A DNA stretch of 64,000 nt from Gammaproteobacteria bacterium. Its GTDB lineage: Bacteria; Pseudomonadota; Gammaproteobacteria; Ga0077536. Where the stretch lies: NCBI GenBank assembly GCA_050184115.1, contig JBFXAQ010000001.1:1002304-1066303 (forward strand), written 5' to 3'. The notes under the pieces are model-generated. The model had not been told where the DNA came from. It was given only the letters and a program-made list of their open reading frames with translations, and searched no databases. Positions 27,829 to 37,851 of this stretch are shown piece by piece (position 1 is the first letter of the stretch; the number at the start of each line of letters is the position of its first letter). Both the position numbers and the translations under genes were made by a program.

Positions 27829-29121
27829 TCACTGGTCGGCGTCGGCCTGCGTCGCGGCGCCACGCTCGCCGAGCAGCGTCAGGCGCGCCGTCTTCACCGA
27901 CTTCTCCAGCGTCTGCACGATCTCGATGGTCATGTCACCGATGCGGAACGTGGTGCCGGTAATCGGGATGTCCTCGAGGGTCTCCAGGATCAGACCGTTG
28001 ATGGTCTTCGGCCCGTCACTCGGCAGATCGAAGCCGTAGGCGCGGTTGATCTCTCGGATATTGGCGCTGCCGTCGACGAGGAAGCTGCCGTCGGCCTGTG
28101 GGTAGACGTCGCGCACGTAGAGCTGGGGATCGGTGGTGAACTCGCCGATGACCTCCTCCAGCAGGTCTTCGAGCGTAACAAGACCGACGAAATCCCCGTA
28201 CTCGTCGACGACGAAGGCGATGCGCTGACGTGCCTTCTGAAAATTGAGGAGCTGAACGTAGAGATCGGTCGTCATCGGCACGAAATACGGCTCGAGCAGG
28301 ATGCCGCGAAGATCGTCGAGGTCGAATTCGTCCGAGCGCAGCAGCCGGGCCACGCGCCGCATGTGCAGAACTCCGACGACGTTGTCGAGGTTGCCCTCGT
28401 AACACGGCACCCGCGTGTGATGGCAGGTCACGAGCTGCTCGAGGATGTCGCTCCACTCGTCTTCGAGGTTGATACCGTAGACCTCGCCGCGCGGCACCAT
28501 GATGTCCTCGACCGTCACGTTCTCGAGGTCGAGGATGCCGAACAGCATCTCGCGGTGCTTGTGCGGGATCATCGCACCGGCTTCCTTGACCACCGTGCGC
28601 AGTTCCTCGCGGCTCAGCGCGTCGACCGCGCCGCCCTGGGGATTGATGCCGAACAGCGACAGGGTGCCGTTCGAGATCTGGTTGAGCAGCCAGACCAGCG
28701 GGTAGAGCAGCCACATCAGCAGGCCGAGCAAGCGCGAGGAAGGGAAGGCGATGCGTTCGGGGTGCAGGGCGGCGAGGGTCTTGGGCAGGACTTCGGCGAA
28801 CACCAGCACCACGGCGGTCAGGAGCAGGGTCGAGGCGATGAGGCCGCTCTCGCCCACCAGGTGCAAGGTCAGCAGCGTGCAGATCTGCGCCGCCAGGATG
28901 TTGACGAAGTTGTTGCCGAGCAGGATGAGACCGATCAGGCGATCCGGGCGCTCGAGCAGCGCCAGCGCGCGCCGTGCGCCGCCGTGCTCGCGCTCGGCGA
29001 GATGCTTCAGGCGATAGCGGTTGAGCGCCATCATCGCCGTCTCCGAGCTGGAGAAATAAGCCGAGGCCCCGATCAGGGCGAACAGCGCGGCGAACAGGGC
29101 GAGAACGGGAAAGTCGTCCAT
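27829..29121 (-). CDS. HlyC/CorC (CNNM) family membrane protein, YfjD-like
   Basis: FSSSETAMM, LILLGNNFVNI, FAEVLPKT (DUF21), tandem CBS domains (VVDEYGDFVGLVTLEDLLEE) and CorC_HlyC C-terminus. Confidence 0.92.
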   Translation of the reverse strand: MDDFPVLALFAALFALIGASAYFSSSETAMMALNRYRLKHLAEREHGGARRALALLERPDRLIGLILLGNNFVNILAAQICTLLTLHLVGESGLIASTLLLTAVVLVFAEVLPKTLAALHPERIAFPSSRLLGLLMWLLYPLVWLLNQISNGTLSLFGINPQGGAVDALSREELRTVVKEAGAMIPHKHREMLFGILDLENVTVEDIMVPRGEVYGINLEDEWSDILEQLVTCHHTRVPCYEGNLDNVVGVLHMRRVARLLRSDEFDLDDLRGILLEPYFVPMTTDLYVQLLNFQKARQRIAFVVDEYGDFVGLVTLEDLLEEVIGEFTTDPQLYVRDVYPQADGSFLVDGSANIREINRAYGFDLPSDGPKTINGLILETLEDIPITGTTFRIGDMTIEIVQTLEKSVKTARLTLLGERGAATQADADQ

Positions 29122-29130
29122 GGGCCGCGC

Positions 29131-29931
29131 TCAGGCGCGGTTGAGGATCAACTCGAGGGCGATCTTCGAGCCGAAGAAGCCGAGTGCCAGGAGGCAGGTG
29201 CCGCCGATGACGTACTTGACGGCATGGCGGCCGCGCCAGCGCCGCCAGCGGCGACCGGCGAGCAGCACCGCGAAGGTCAGCCAGGCAAGGCCCGAGAAGA
29301 CGATCTTGTGGGCGAGATGCTGGCCGCGAACGTCCTCGATGTAGAACACGCCGAGCGCGAGGCCCACGCTGAGCAGCACGAAGGCGATGCCGGTGAGTTG
29401 GAACATGGTCTGCTCCATCACGGTCAGCGGCGGCAGGAAGTTCATCACCGGGTGATGGGACTTGAGACGGTGCTCGGCGACTGCGTAGTAAAGCGCTTGC
29501 ACGGCGGCGATGGCGAACAGGGCGTAGGCGACCAGCGACAAGGCGATATGCAGCGCGATGCCGGGGGCGTGTTCCTGGATGATATGCGGGTGCGAGAAGG
29601 CCAGCGACAGCGCCACGACCACCGCGGCAAAGGGCAGGATGACGACGGCGAGACTGGCCACCGGCCGTCGCGTCGTGGCGAGGACGGTGATGACCGCGAT
29701 CAGCCACGCGACCAGCGAAGCCGCGGTGAAGATGCCGAAGTTGAAACCCTGCGCGGTGAACGTCATCGGGTAGAGCGCGAGCGCGTGGGCGGCGAGCGCG
29801 CCGAAGGCGAGGAAGACGGTCGGTGAGCGCAGGGTGTTGCCGCCCGCAGCGGCGAGGGTCCCGGTCGACGAGCGGAGCGCGACCGTGACATAGAGCACGA
29901 TGGCGACGAGCCCGAACAGGACGATGTTCAT
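29131..29931 (-). CDS. Cytochrome c assembly (CcsA/YpjD-like) inner membrane protein
   Basis: Multiple TM helices; LHIALSLVAY, LPPLTVME, HKIVFS, GFFGSK; divergent from ffh as in enterobacteria. Confidence 0.85.
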   Translation of the reverse strand: MNIVLFGLVAIVLYVTVALRSSTGTLAAAGGNTLRSPTVFLAFGALAAHALALYPMTFTAQGFNFGIFTAASLVAWLIAVITVLATTRRPVASLAVVILPFAAVVVALSLAFSHPHIIQEHAPGIALHIALSLVAYALFAIAAVQALYYAVAEHRLKSHHPVMNFLPPLTVMEQTMFQLTGIAFVLLSVGLALGVFYIEDVRGQHLAHKIVFSGLAWLTFAVLLAGRRWRRWRGRHAVKYVIGGTCLLALGFFGSKIALELILNRA

Positions 29932-30048
29932 GAAGGCGCGGGGGCAACCATGGGAGGCGAGATGATGGCATAATTGCTGCCCCTTATGAAGCGCGCGGCA
30001 GTCCGCGGCGCGCTCGGCTCAAATGCGGTTAATCCGAGCAAATTCAGC

Positions 30049-31413
30049 ATGTTCCAGAATCTCACCCAGCGCCTAGGCGAGGTCGTCAAGAATCTCTCGG
30101 GGCGCGCGCGCCTGACCGAGGAGAACATCGACGAGACGCTGCGCGAGGTGCGTGTCGCGCTGCTCGAGGCTGACGTCGGTCTCGACGTCATCAAGGACTT
30201 TCTCGCCGCCGTGCGTGAGCGCGCCATCGGCCAGGAAGTGATTGGTACGCTGACGCCCGGCCAGGCCTTCATCCGCGTCGTGCGCGACGAGCTGACGGCC
30301 TTGATGGGCACGGCCAACAGCGCGTTGGATCTCGCCGCACAGCCACCGGTGGTGGTGCTGATGGCCGGCCTGCAGGGCTCGGGTAAGACGACCACGGCGG
30401 CCAAGCTCGCGCGGCGCCTGATGAGCGCCGAGGGCAAGCAGGTCGGCGTGGTCAGCTGCGACGTGCATCGACCCGCCGCCATCGAGCAGCTGCGGGTGCT
30501 CGCTGCCGAGATCGGCGCCAATCACTACCCCAGCGACACCAGCAAGCGCGTCGAGGACATCGCCACCGCCGCACTGACTGCGGCGCGGCGCGCGCAGGAC
30601 GACGTCCTCATCGTCGACACCGCCGGGCGTCTCGCCATCGACGGCGAGATGATGGACGAGATCAAACGCCTGCACGCTGCGGTCAACCCGCACGAAACGC
30701 TGTTCGTCATCGACAGCATGATGGGCCAGGACGCCGTCGCGACGGCGCGCGCCTTCAACGAGGCGTTGCCGTTGACCGGGGTCGTGCTGACCAAGAGTGA
30801 CGGCGACGCCCGTGGCGGCGCCGCGCTGTCGGTGCGCCGGATCACGGGCAAACCGATCAAGTTCCTCGGTACAGGCGAGAAGACCGACGCGCTGGAGCCT
30901 TTCCATCCCGACCGCATGGCTTCGCGTATCCTCGGCATGGGCGACGTGCTGTCGCTGATCGAGGAAGTCGAGCAGAAGGTCGACCAGGACAAGGCGCTCA
31001 AGGTCGCCGAGAAGCTCAAGAAGGGTAAGGGCTTCGATTTGCAGGACTTCCGCGACCAGCTCGACCAGATGGCCAACATGGGCGGCATGCAGGCCCTGCT
31101 CGGCAAGCTGCCGGGCATGAGCGGGTTGCCCGACAACGTCAAGAGCCAGGTCAACGACGGCGAACTCAAGCGCCTCGGCGCCATCATCGACTCCATGACG
31201 CCGCACGAGCGCCAGTTCCCGGCCGTCATCAAGGCTTCGCGCAAGCGCCGCATCGCGGCCGGCTCCGGCACCCAGGTGCAGGACGTCAACCGCCTGCTCA
31301 AGCAGTTCGACCAGATGCAGAAGATGATGAAGAAGCTGTCGAAGAAGGGCGCGCTGAAGAACATGATGCGCGGCATGCGCGGGCAGCTGCCGCCCGGTTT
31401 TCCCATGCAATGA
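30049..31413 (+). CDS. ffh: Signal recognition particle protein
   Basis: MFQNLTQRL, GLQGSGKTTT, DTAGR, TKSDGDARGGAALS and Met-rich M domain. Confidence 0.98.
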   Translation: MFQNLTQRLGEVVKNLSGRARLTEENIDETLREVRVALLEADVGLDVIKDFLAAVRERAIGQEVIGTLTPGQAFIRVVRDELTALMGTANSALDLAAQPPVVVLMAGLQGSGKTTTAAKLARRLMSAEGKQVGVVSCDVHRPAAIEQLRVLAAEIGANHYPSDTSKRVEDIATAALTAARRAQDDVLIVDTAGRLAIDGEMMDEIKRLHAAVNPHETLFVIDSMMGQDAVATARAFNEALPLTGVVLTKSDGDARGGAALSVRRITGKPIKFLGTGEKTDALEPFHPDRMASRILGMGDVLSLIEEVEQKVDQDKALKVAEKLKKGKGFDLQDFRDQLDQMANMGGMQALLGKLPGMSGLPDNVKSQVNDGELKRLGAIIDSMTPHERQFPAVIKASRKRRIAAGSGTQVQDVNRLLKQFDQMQKMMKKLSKKGALKNMMRGMRGQLPPGFPMQ

Positions 31414-31444
31414 CCCGCCGCGCAGGGCCGGGTGAGGATTCGCC

Positions 31445-33739
31445 ATGACCACTGCTGACGACAACCTGTCCCGCCGCGCGCTCGAATACCACCAGCTGCC
31501 GCGCCCCGGCAAGGTCGAGATCGCGCCGACCAAGCCGCTCGCCAACCAGAACGATCTCGCGCTGGCCTACTCGCCGGGCGTCGCCGCGCCGTGCGAGGCC
31601 ATCGCCGCCGACGCCAACGCGGCGCCGCTCTACACCAACCGCGGCAACCTCGTCGCCGTCATCACCAACGGCACGGCGGTGCTCGGGCTCGGCCCCATCG
31701 GCCCGCTGGCGGCGAAGCCCGTGATGGAAGGCAAGGCGGTCCTGTTCAAGAAGTTCGCCGGCATCGACGTCTTCGACATCGAGATCAACGAGACCGATCC
31801 GGACGCACTGGTCGACATCATCGCCAGCCTCGAGCCGAGCTTCGGCGGTATCAACCTCGAGGACATCAAGGCACCGGAATGCTTCTTCGTCGAGCAGAAG
31901 CTCAAGGACCGCGTGCAGATCCCGGTCTTCCACGACGACCAGCACGGCACCGCGATCATCGCCGCCGCCGCCATCCTCAACTGGCTGGAACTGGCCGGGC
32001 GGCGCATCGAGGAGGTACGCCTGGTGGCTTCCGGTGCCGGTGCCGCCGCCATCGCCTGCCTGCGCCTGCTCGACAGCCTGGGCCTGCCGCGTGACAACAT
32101 CATCGTCAGCGATCGCGCCGGGGTGATCTACGAAGGCCGCGTCGAGGAGATGGACGAGCACAAGGCCTTCTTCGCCCGCACCACGCCGCACCGGACGCTC
32201 GCCGAGGCCATCGTCGGCGCCGACATCTTTCTCGGGCTCTCGGCTGGCGGCGTGCTCACGGGCGAGATGGTGGCGACGATGGCCGACAAGCCGCTCATCC
32301 TGGCGCTGGCCAACCCAACGCCCGAGATCATGCCGGAGCTGGCGCGCGCGGCGCAGCCGGACGCCGTCATCGCCACCGGGCGCTCCGACTATCCCAACCA
32401 GGTCAACAACGTCCTCTGCTTCCCCTACCTCTTCCGCGGTGCGCTCGACGTGGGCGCCACCACCATCACCGAGGAGATGAAGCTGGCCTGCGTCCAGGCG
32501 CTGGCGCGCCTGACCCGCCAGGAAGCCTCGGACGTGGTGGTCGCGGCCTATGGCGGCGAGGAACTGCGCTTCGGTCCCGACTACCTGATTCCGAAGCCCT
32601 TCGACCCGCGGCTCATCACCGAGCTCGCGCCGGCGGTGGCCGAGGCGGCGATGCGCTCCGGCGTGGCGACGCGTCCGATCGAGAACCTGCGCGAGTACCG
32701 CGACCAGCTGTCGAAGTTCGTCTTCCAGTCGGTGCTGTTGATGCGACCGCTGTACGCCCGGGCCAAGGCCGAGCGCAAGCGCCTCGCCTACGCCGACGGC
32801 GAAGACCCGACCGTGCTGCGCGCGGTGCAGACGGTGGTCGACGACGGCCTCGCCCTGCCCATCCTGATCGGGCGGCCGCGGGTCATCGGCAAGCGCGTCC
32901 GCGAACTCGGCTTGCGCATGAAGGCGGGCGTCGACTTCGAGGTCGTCAACACCGAGTCCGATCGCCGTTACCGCGAATACGCCGAGGCCTACCACGGCAT
33001 CATGGGGCGCCGCGGCGTGTCCTTGCAGGACGCGCGCGACGTCATGCGCTCGAACACCACCGTGATCGCCTCGATGATGGTGCGACGGGGCGCCGCCGAC
33101 GCCATGCTGTGCGGCATGGTCGGCGAGTACCACGACCACCTCGTGCACGTGCGCCAGCTCCTCGGCGCACGCGACCCGCGTCTCGACATGGCGTCGATGA
33201 ACGTGCTGGTGCTGCGCAAGGGCACCTATTTCCTCTGTGACGCCTACGTCCACGACCAGCCCGACGCCACGCAGATCGCGCACATGACCCTGCTCGCCGC
33301 CGAGCAGGTGCGGCGCTTCGGGCTCGCTCCCAAGGTCGCGCTGTTGTCGCATTCCAATTTCGGCACCACCAACGCGCCGAGCGCGGTGCGCATGCGCGAG
33401 GCGCTCGGGCTGATCCGCGAACTCGCGCCGGAGCTCGAAATCGACGGCGAGATGCAGGCCGATGCCGCGCTCGTCCCCGCCATCCGCGACAAGGCACTGG
33501 CCGATTGCCGTCTCGACGGCCAGGCCAACCTGCTGGTGATGCCGAGCATGGATGCGGCGAACATCACGCTCAACCTGCTGACGGTGCTCGGCGAGGGGGT
33601 CGCGGTCGGCCCGATCCTGCTCGGCTGTCGTTACCCGGCACACATCCTTACGCCCTCGGCGACGGTGCGGCGGGTGATCAATCTCAGCGCGCTGGCGGTG
33701 GTCGACGCGCAGATCGCGGCGACCGCGGAAGTGTCCTGA
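31445..33739 (+). CDS. maeB: NADP-dependent malic enzyme with phosphotransacetylase-like domain
   Basis: [46 protein letters not shown] and C-terminal PTA-like domain (DGEMQADAA). Confidence 0.96.
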   Translation: MTTADDNLSRRALEYHQLPRPGKVEIAPTKPLANQNDLALAYSPGVAAPCEAIAADANAAPLYTNRGNLVAVITNGTAVLGLGPIGPLAAKPVMEGKAVLFKKFAGIDVFDIEINETDPDALVDIIASLEPSFGGINLEDIKAPECFFVEQKLKDRVQIPVFHDDQHGTAIIAAAAILNWLELAGRRIEEVRLVASGAGAAAIACLRLLDSLGLPRDNIIVSDRAGVIYEGRVEEMDEHKAFFARTTPHRTLAEAIVGADIFLGLSAGGVLTGEMVATMADKPLILALANPTPEIMPELARAAQPDAVIATGRSDYPNQVNNVLCFPYLFRGALDVGATTITEEMKLACVQALARLTRQEASDVVVAAYGGEELRFGPDYLIPKPFDPRLITELAPAVAEAAMRSGVATRPIENLREYRDQLSKFVFQSVLLMRPLYARAKAERKRLAYADGEDPTVLRAVQTVVDDGLALPILIGRPRVIGKRVRELGLRMKAGVDFEVVNTESDRRYREYAEAYHGIMGRRGVSLQDARDVMRSNTTVIASMMVRRGAADAMLCGMVGEYHDHLVHVRQLLGARDPRLDMASMNVLVLRKGTYFLCDAYVHDQPDATQIAHMTLLAAEQVRRFGLAPKVALLSHSNFGTTNAPSAVRMREALGLIRELAPELEIDGEMQADAALVPAIRDKALADCRLDGQANLLVMPSMDAANITLNLLTVLGEGVAVGPILLGCRYPAHILTPSATVRRVINLSALAVVDAQIAATAEVS

Positions 33740-33751
33740 CCAGAGAGGCTT

Positions 33752-34300
33752 TCAGTCCTGCGCGGCCAGCGGGCGACCGGCGTTGTCGCGGCCGTGGGCG
33801 TTGACGAAGGCGTCGAGCAGGGTGTCGACGTAGCCGTAGACGGCTTTCAGATCGGATGGGTTGAGGATGCCGTGCTGGCCTTCCGACCACACCTCGCTCG
33901 AAGCGTAGCTGCTGCCAGTGGCATCGAGCGGGACCTTGCGCTTGAGTCGCAGCGACACGGCGTAGAAATACATCGAGTACTGGTCGCGGTTGGTGGTCAG
34001 CTTGACCAGCAGCTGGGCGGCATCGGGCTGCGTGCGCGCGGTGGTGGCGTCGACCACGGGCAGGCCGTAAGCGGCGAGCCGCGCCTCGACGCGCTGGCGC
34101 ATCTCCTCGGTGGTCAGGCCGTAACGGGCGAACTCGTCGGCGATCCCTTCGACGGCGACCTGGACCCGCCCGATTCCGGCCAGGGCGTTGGCGCTGAACT
34201 CGTCCGCCGCCCGTGCGGTCACGACCGTGACGAGCAGCAGCACCAGTGCGAGCGTGCGCGACGCGTGCAGGAACACGGCGGGGGACTTGCGATCGTTCAT
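33752..34300 (-). CDS. Exported hypothetical protein (182 aa)
   Basis: C-terminal part of track ORF 33752..34711. ATG at 34300 overlaps the dsbB stop (ATGA); signal peptide LALVLLLVTVVTARA. Confidence 0.7.
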   Translation of the reverse strand: MNDRKSPAVFLHASRTLALVLLLVTVVTARAADEFSANALAGIGRVQVAVEGIADEFARYGLTTEEMRQRVEARLAAYGLPVVDATTARTQPDAAQLLVKLTTNRDQYSMYFYAVSLRLKRKVPLDATGSSYASSEVWSEGQHGILNPSDLKAVYGYVDTLLDAFVNAHGRDNAGRPLAAQD

Positions 34301-34830
34301 GGTGAATCTCCTCGGAGCGCGCCCGGCGGCCTGCGCAGGCGGTGGACGATGGCGGCGAGATGCATCGCGAGCAGGCCGGCGAAGCAGGCCAGCGACCATT
34401 CCGCGATCGAGCCACCGAGGAAGGTCCAGTCGACGCTGGCGCACTCGCCGGTGCCGCGCAGCGCCTTCTTGATGACCTCCGCGAGCGGCCACATCTCGAG
34501 CATGTATTCGAGCCCGGGGCCGCAGGCCGGGACCTGGTCCTCCGGCAGGTGTTGCAGCCACACCTGGCGCGCGGCGATGGCGCCGCCGACGGTGGCGGCC
34601 ACGGCGGCGAGCGTGCCGTAGGCGATCGCGCCGCGATCCCGCGGACCATGCAGTGCGCCGAGCAGCGCGACCAGCCCGACGGCCATGAAACACAGGCGCT
34701 GGAAGATGCACATCGGGCAGGGTTCGAGACCGTCGTGGAATTGCAGGTAGTAGCCGAAGCCGAGCAGGCCGGCGCAGGTCAGCGCGGTGGCGGCGAACAG
34801 CAGGCGGGGGTTGAACAGGGTCGTCAGCAC
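34297..34830 (-). CDS. dsbB: Disulfide bond formation protein B
   Basis: LEPCPMCIFQR (CxxC), ARQVWLQHLP, PACGPG...GECA second Cys pair; four TM helices. Confidence 0.93.
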   Translation of the reverse strand: MLTTLFNPRLLFAATALTCAGLLGFGYYLQFHDGLEPCPMCIFQRLCFMAVGLVALLGALHGPRDRGAIAYGTLAAVAATVGGAIAARQVWLQHLPEDQVPACGPGLEYMLEMWPLAEVIKKALRGTGECASVDWTFLGGSIAEWSLACFAGLLAMHLAAIVHRLRRPPGALRGDSP

Positions 34831-34848
34831 GGCCGGCTTCCAGGGCGG

Positions 34849-35892
34849 TCAGGGTGTCGCATTGTACTCGTCGACGTCGTTACCGGCCCGCATGTGCCCG
34901 GCGACGCCGCGCAGGAAGGCGACCAGGCGTGGCTCACACCAGTAATCGTGACGCCACGGCGACGCGCCGCCGATGAAGGCGACGTGACCGCCGCCGCGGG
35001 TGAGTTCGAGGGTGACCGGCGGGCCGAGCTCGTTGGCACGCGGGATCGCGCTCGCTGGGACGAAAGGATCGTCCTCGGCCTGCACGACGAGCGTCGGTAC
35101 GCGGATCGCGTGCAGGAAGGACCGGCAGCTCGAGCGCGCGTAGTAGTCGTGGACATCGCGGAAGCCGTGCAGCGGCGCTGTCACGGCGTCGTCCCAGGTC
35201 CAGAACGTGGCGTGGCGGGGGACATCGGCCGGTCGCAGCGGACCCTCACCATCACTGAACTTGGCGCGGTACTTGCGCTGCATGCTGGTGACGAGCTGGC
35301 GCTGGTAGAGGCGCGAGAAGCCGCGCCCGAGGCGATCGGCGCAGGCGGCGAGGTCGAAGGGCACCGAGACCGCGGCCGCCGCGCGCAGGGGCGCGGTCGT
35401 ACCGAGTTCGCCCAGCCACTTGAGCAGGACGTTACCGCCGAGCGAGTAGCCGATGGCGGCGAAGGGTGGTGTGCCCATGCGCTGCGTGAGGGTGTCGACC
35501 AAATGGGCGAGGTCACCGGTATCACCGGAGTGGTAGCTGCGCGCGAGGCGGTTCGGCATGCTGCCGCAGCCACGGAATTGCATCAGGACGCCGCGGAATC
35601 CGCCGCGCTCGAGCAATGCCAGCACCGCACGAGCATAGCGCGAGGTATGGCTGCCCTCGAGGCCGTGCAGCACGATCACCAGTGGCGCGTCGCGCGGCGG
35701 CGTCCAGGCGAGGTCGACGAAGTCGCCGTCCGGCAATTCGAGGCGCTCGAAGGCGAGTTCGAGCGGCGGGACACGTCGCCACAGGCTGGCCCAGATCGTC
35801 GGCAGGTGGGGCCCGGGCAGCCAGCGCGAGGACGCAAAATCGTCGCGGCGGACGACCCGTCCGTGCGCGGGCGACGAAGCGTCAGTCGACAA
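34849..35892 (-). CDS. YheT family alpha/beta hydrolase
   Basis: VLHGLEGS, FRGCG, SYHSGDTGD, GYSLGG nucleophile elbow, EDDPF, GGHVAF. The TTG start at 35892 is uncertain. Confidence 0.88.
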   Translation of the reverse strand: MSTDASSPAHGRVVRRDDFASSRWLPGPHLPTIWASLWRRVPPLELAFERLELPDGDFVDLAWTPPRDAPLVIVLHGLEGSHTSRYARAVLALLERGGFRGVLMQFRGCGSMPNRLARSYHSGDTGDLAHLVDTLTQRMGTPPFAAIGYSLGGNVLLKWLGELGTTAPLRAAAAVSVPFDLAACADRLGRGFSRLYQRQLVTSMQRKYRAKFSDGEGPLRPADVPRHATFWTWDDAVTAPLHGFRDVHDYYARSSCRSFLHAIRVPTLVVQAEDDPFVPASAIPRANELGPPVTLELTRGGGHVAFIGGASPWRHDYWCEPRLVAFLRGVAGHMRAGNDVDEYNATP

Positions 35893-36799
35893 CCGCGGTC
35901 GGCGCCCGCTCGAGGATGCGGCAGGCCAGGTCCGGGCGCGTGGCGGGCGCGACCAGAGTGGCGTCGACATCGAGCACCGCGAGGGCTTCCCAGGTACCGG
36001 CCAGCGCTACCGCGTCCACCACGGTGGCGCGCGGGGCGTCACCGTCGGCGTCGACCAGGCGATCGCCCGGCGCGAGCGCCTGTGCGCTGGCGAGCCGGGC
36101 CAGTCGTCGCTTGACGCTGCCGCGATAGCGCACCCGCGCGACGATCTCCTGGCCGGGATAGCAACCCTTGTCGAAGCTCACACCGCGCCCGCGGTCGAGA
36201 TCGAGTTCCTGCGGCAGGAACTGGTCGGCGGTCGCAGGGCCAAGGCGCGGCCGTCCGCGCCGGATGGCGTCGAGTCGTGCCGTGGCGGGCCCGACGGCAG
36301 CGGCCGGCAGGGTCGGCCAGCAGTCGGTGATCGCCTGCTGCGGGCCGAGGTACCAGCACAGTTCGCCTTCGCGGGCGACCACGAGGCCGGTTGCCGCCGC
36401 GGGTGCGAGCCCGCTCGTGCGGATGCCGGCCCAACTCGCGCCGAGATCCTCGACCTCGACCTGCGAACGCAGCACGTACATGCGCAGCCGGCGCACGAGG
36501 TCGTCGGCCTGGGCCGGGTCGACGAGCAGGACGAAGCCGTCGTCGACCGCGAGCACCGTGGGCGCGAACAGCACGCGGCCTTTGGGCGAACACCATGCGG
36601 TCAGCACGGCGTCGCCTGAGGACAGGGTGCGCAGATCGGCGGCGAACTGGGCGTGGAGGAAGGCACGCGCATCGGCGCCGCGCACGGCGACGATGGCGAG
36701 ATCGAGCGGGCTTTTCAGTGCATCGCCGGGCGCGGTGTCGGCGGTGGCCTCGCACCACGTGTCGCCGGCGAGTTGGCGCCAGAAGTCGTCCGCGTTCAT
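35882..36799 (-). CDS. ygfZ: Folate-binding Fe-S cluster repair protein YgfZ
   Basis: GADARAFLHAQ, PKGRVL, LRMYVLRSQV and signature FDKGCYPGQEIVAR. Confidence 0.92.
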   Translation of the reverse strand: MNADDFWRQLAGDTWCEATADTAPGDALKSPLDLAIVAVRGADARAFLHAQFAADLRTLSSGDAVLTAWCSPKGRVLFAPTVLAVDDGFVLLVDPAQADDLVRRLRMYVLRSQVEVEDLGASWAGIRTSGLAPAAATGLVVAREGELCWYLGPQQAITDCWPTLPAAAVGPATARLDAIRRGRPRLGPATADQFLPQELDLDRGRGVSFDKGCYPGQEIVARVRYRGSVKRRLARLASAQALAPGDRLVDADGDAPRATVVDAVALAGTWEALAVLDVDATLVAPATRPDLACRILERAPTAVVD

Positions 36800-37047
36800 C
36801 GCGACGCGCGGCTGTCAGCGAGGATGCGCTCGACCCAGGCGGCGAGCACGCCGTCGTCGGGCAGGCCACGCCCGGTGAACCAGGCGTAGAGGTCCATGTC
36901 GCTCGAATCGAGGAAGCGTTCGAAGCTGCTGAGTTCGGCGTCGTCGAGCCCGCCGGCATGCTGCGCGACCCAGGGTTCGAGCAGCATGTCGAGCTCGCGC
37001 ATGCCGCGGCGGCAGCGCCAGCGCAGGCGGTTACGACGCGCGCTCAC
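36796..37047 (-). CDS. sdhE: Succinate dehydrogenase flavinylation factor SdhE
   Basis: LRWRCRRGMRELDMLL (RGxxE motif), DLYAWF. Confidence 0.93.
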   Translation of the reverse strand: MSARRNRLRWRCRRGMRELDMLLEPWVAQHAGGLDDAELSSFERFLDSSDMDLYAWFTGRGLPDDGVLAAWVERILADSRASR

Positions 37048-37050
37048 CGC

Positions 37051-37833
37051 TCACAGGGCGCGCGCGACCATCATCTTCTTGATCTCGGCGATGGCCTTGG
37101 CGGGATTGAGACCCTTGGGGCAGGTCTTCGCGCAGTTCATGATGGTGTGGCAGCGGTAGAGACGGAACGGGTCCTCGAGTTCGTCGAGGCGTTCACCGGT
37201 GGCCTCGTCGCGGCTGTCGACCAGCCAGCGGTAGGCCTGCAGCAGGATGGCGGGACCGAGGTAGCGCTCACCGTTCCACCAGTAGCTCGGGCAGCTGGTC
37301 GAGCAGCAGGCGCACAGGATGCATTCGTAGAGCCCGTCGAGCTTCTCGCGTTCCTCGACCGACTGCAGTCGCTCCTTGTCCGGTGGCGCCGGCGTCTGCG
37401 ACTGCAGCCACGGCTTGATCGAGGCGTACTGGGCATAGAAGTGCGTGAGATCCGGCACGAGATCCTTGAGCACGCTCATGTGCGGCAACGGGTAGATCTT
37501 GACGTCGCCGTCGATGTCCTCGATGGCCTTGGTACAGGCCAGCGTGTTGGTGCCGTCGATGTTCATCGCGCACGAACCGCAGATGCCCTCGCGGCACGAG
37601 CGCCGGAAGGTCACCGTGGGGTCGATCTCGTTCTTGATGTAGATGATGGCGTCGAGCACCATCGGCCCGCACTTGTCGAGATCGATGCGGTAGTGGTCGA
37701 CGCGCGGGTTCTCGCCGCTGTCCGGGTCCCAGCGATAGACCGAGAAGGTGCGCGAGCGCTTGGCGCCCTGGGCATGGTCGTAGGCCTTGCCCTGGCCGAT
37801 GGTCGAGTTCTTGGGGAGGGAAAAGTTCGCCAT
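37051..37833 (-). CDS. sdhB: Succinate dehydrogenase iron-sulfur subunit
   Basis: [39 protein letters not shown]. Confidence 0.98.
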   Translation of the reverse strand: MANFSLPKNSTIGQGKAYDHAQGAKRSRTFSVYRWDPDSGENPRVDHYRIDLDKCGPMVLDAIIYIKNEIDPTVTFRRSCREGICGSCAMNIDGTNTLACTKAIEDIDGDVKIYPLPHMSVLKDLVPDLTHFYAQYASIKPWLQSQTPAPPDKERLQSVEEREKLDGLYECILCACCSTSCPSYWWNGERYLGPAILLQAYRWLVDSRDEATGERLDELEDPFRLYRCHTIMNCAKTCPKGLNPAKAIAEIKKMMVARAL

Positions 37834-37851
37834 GGGTCGTACTCGTCCGGC

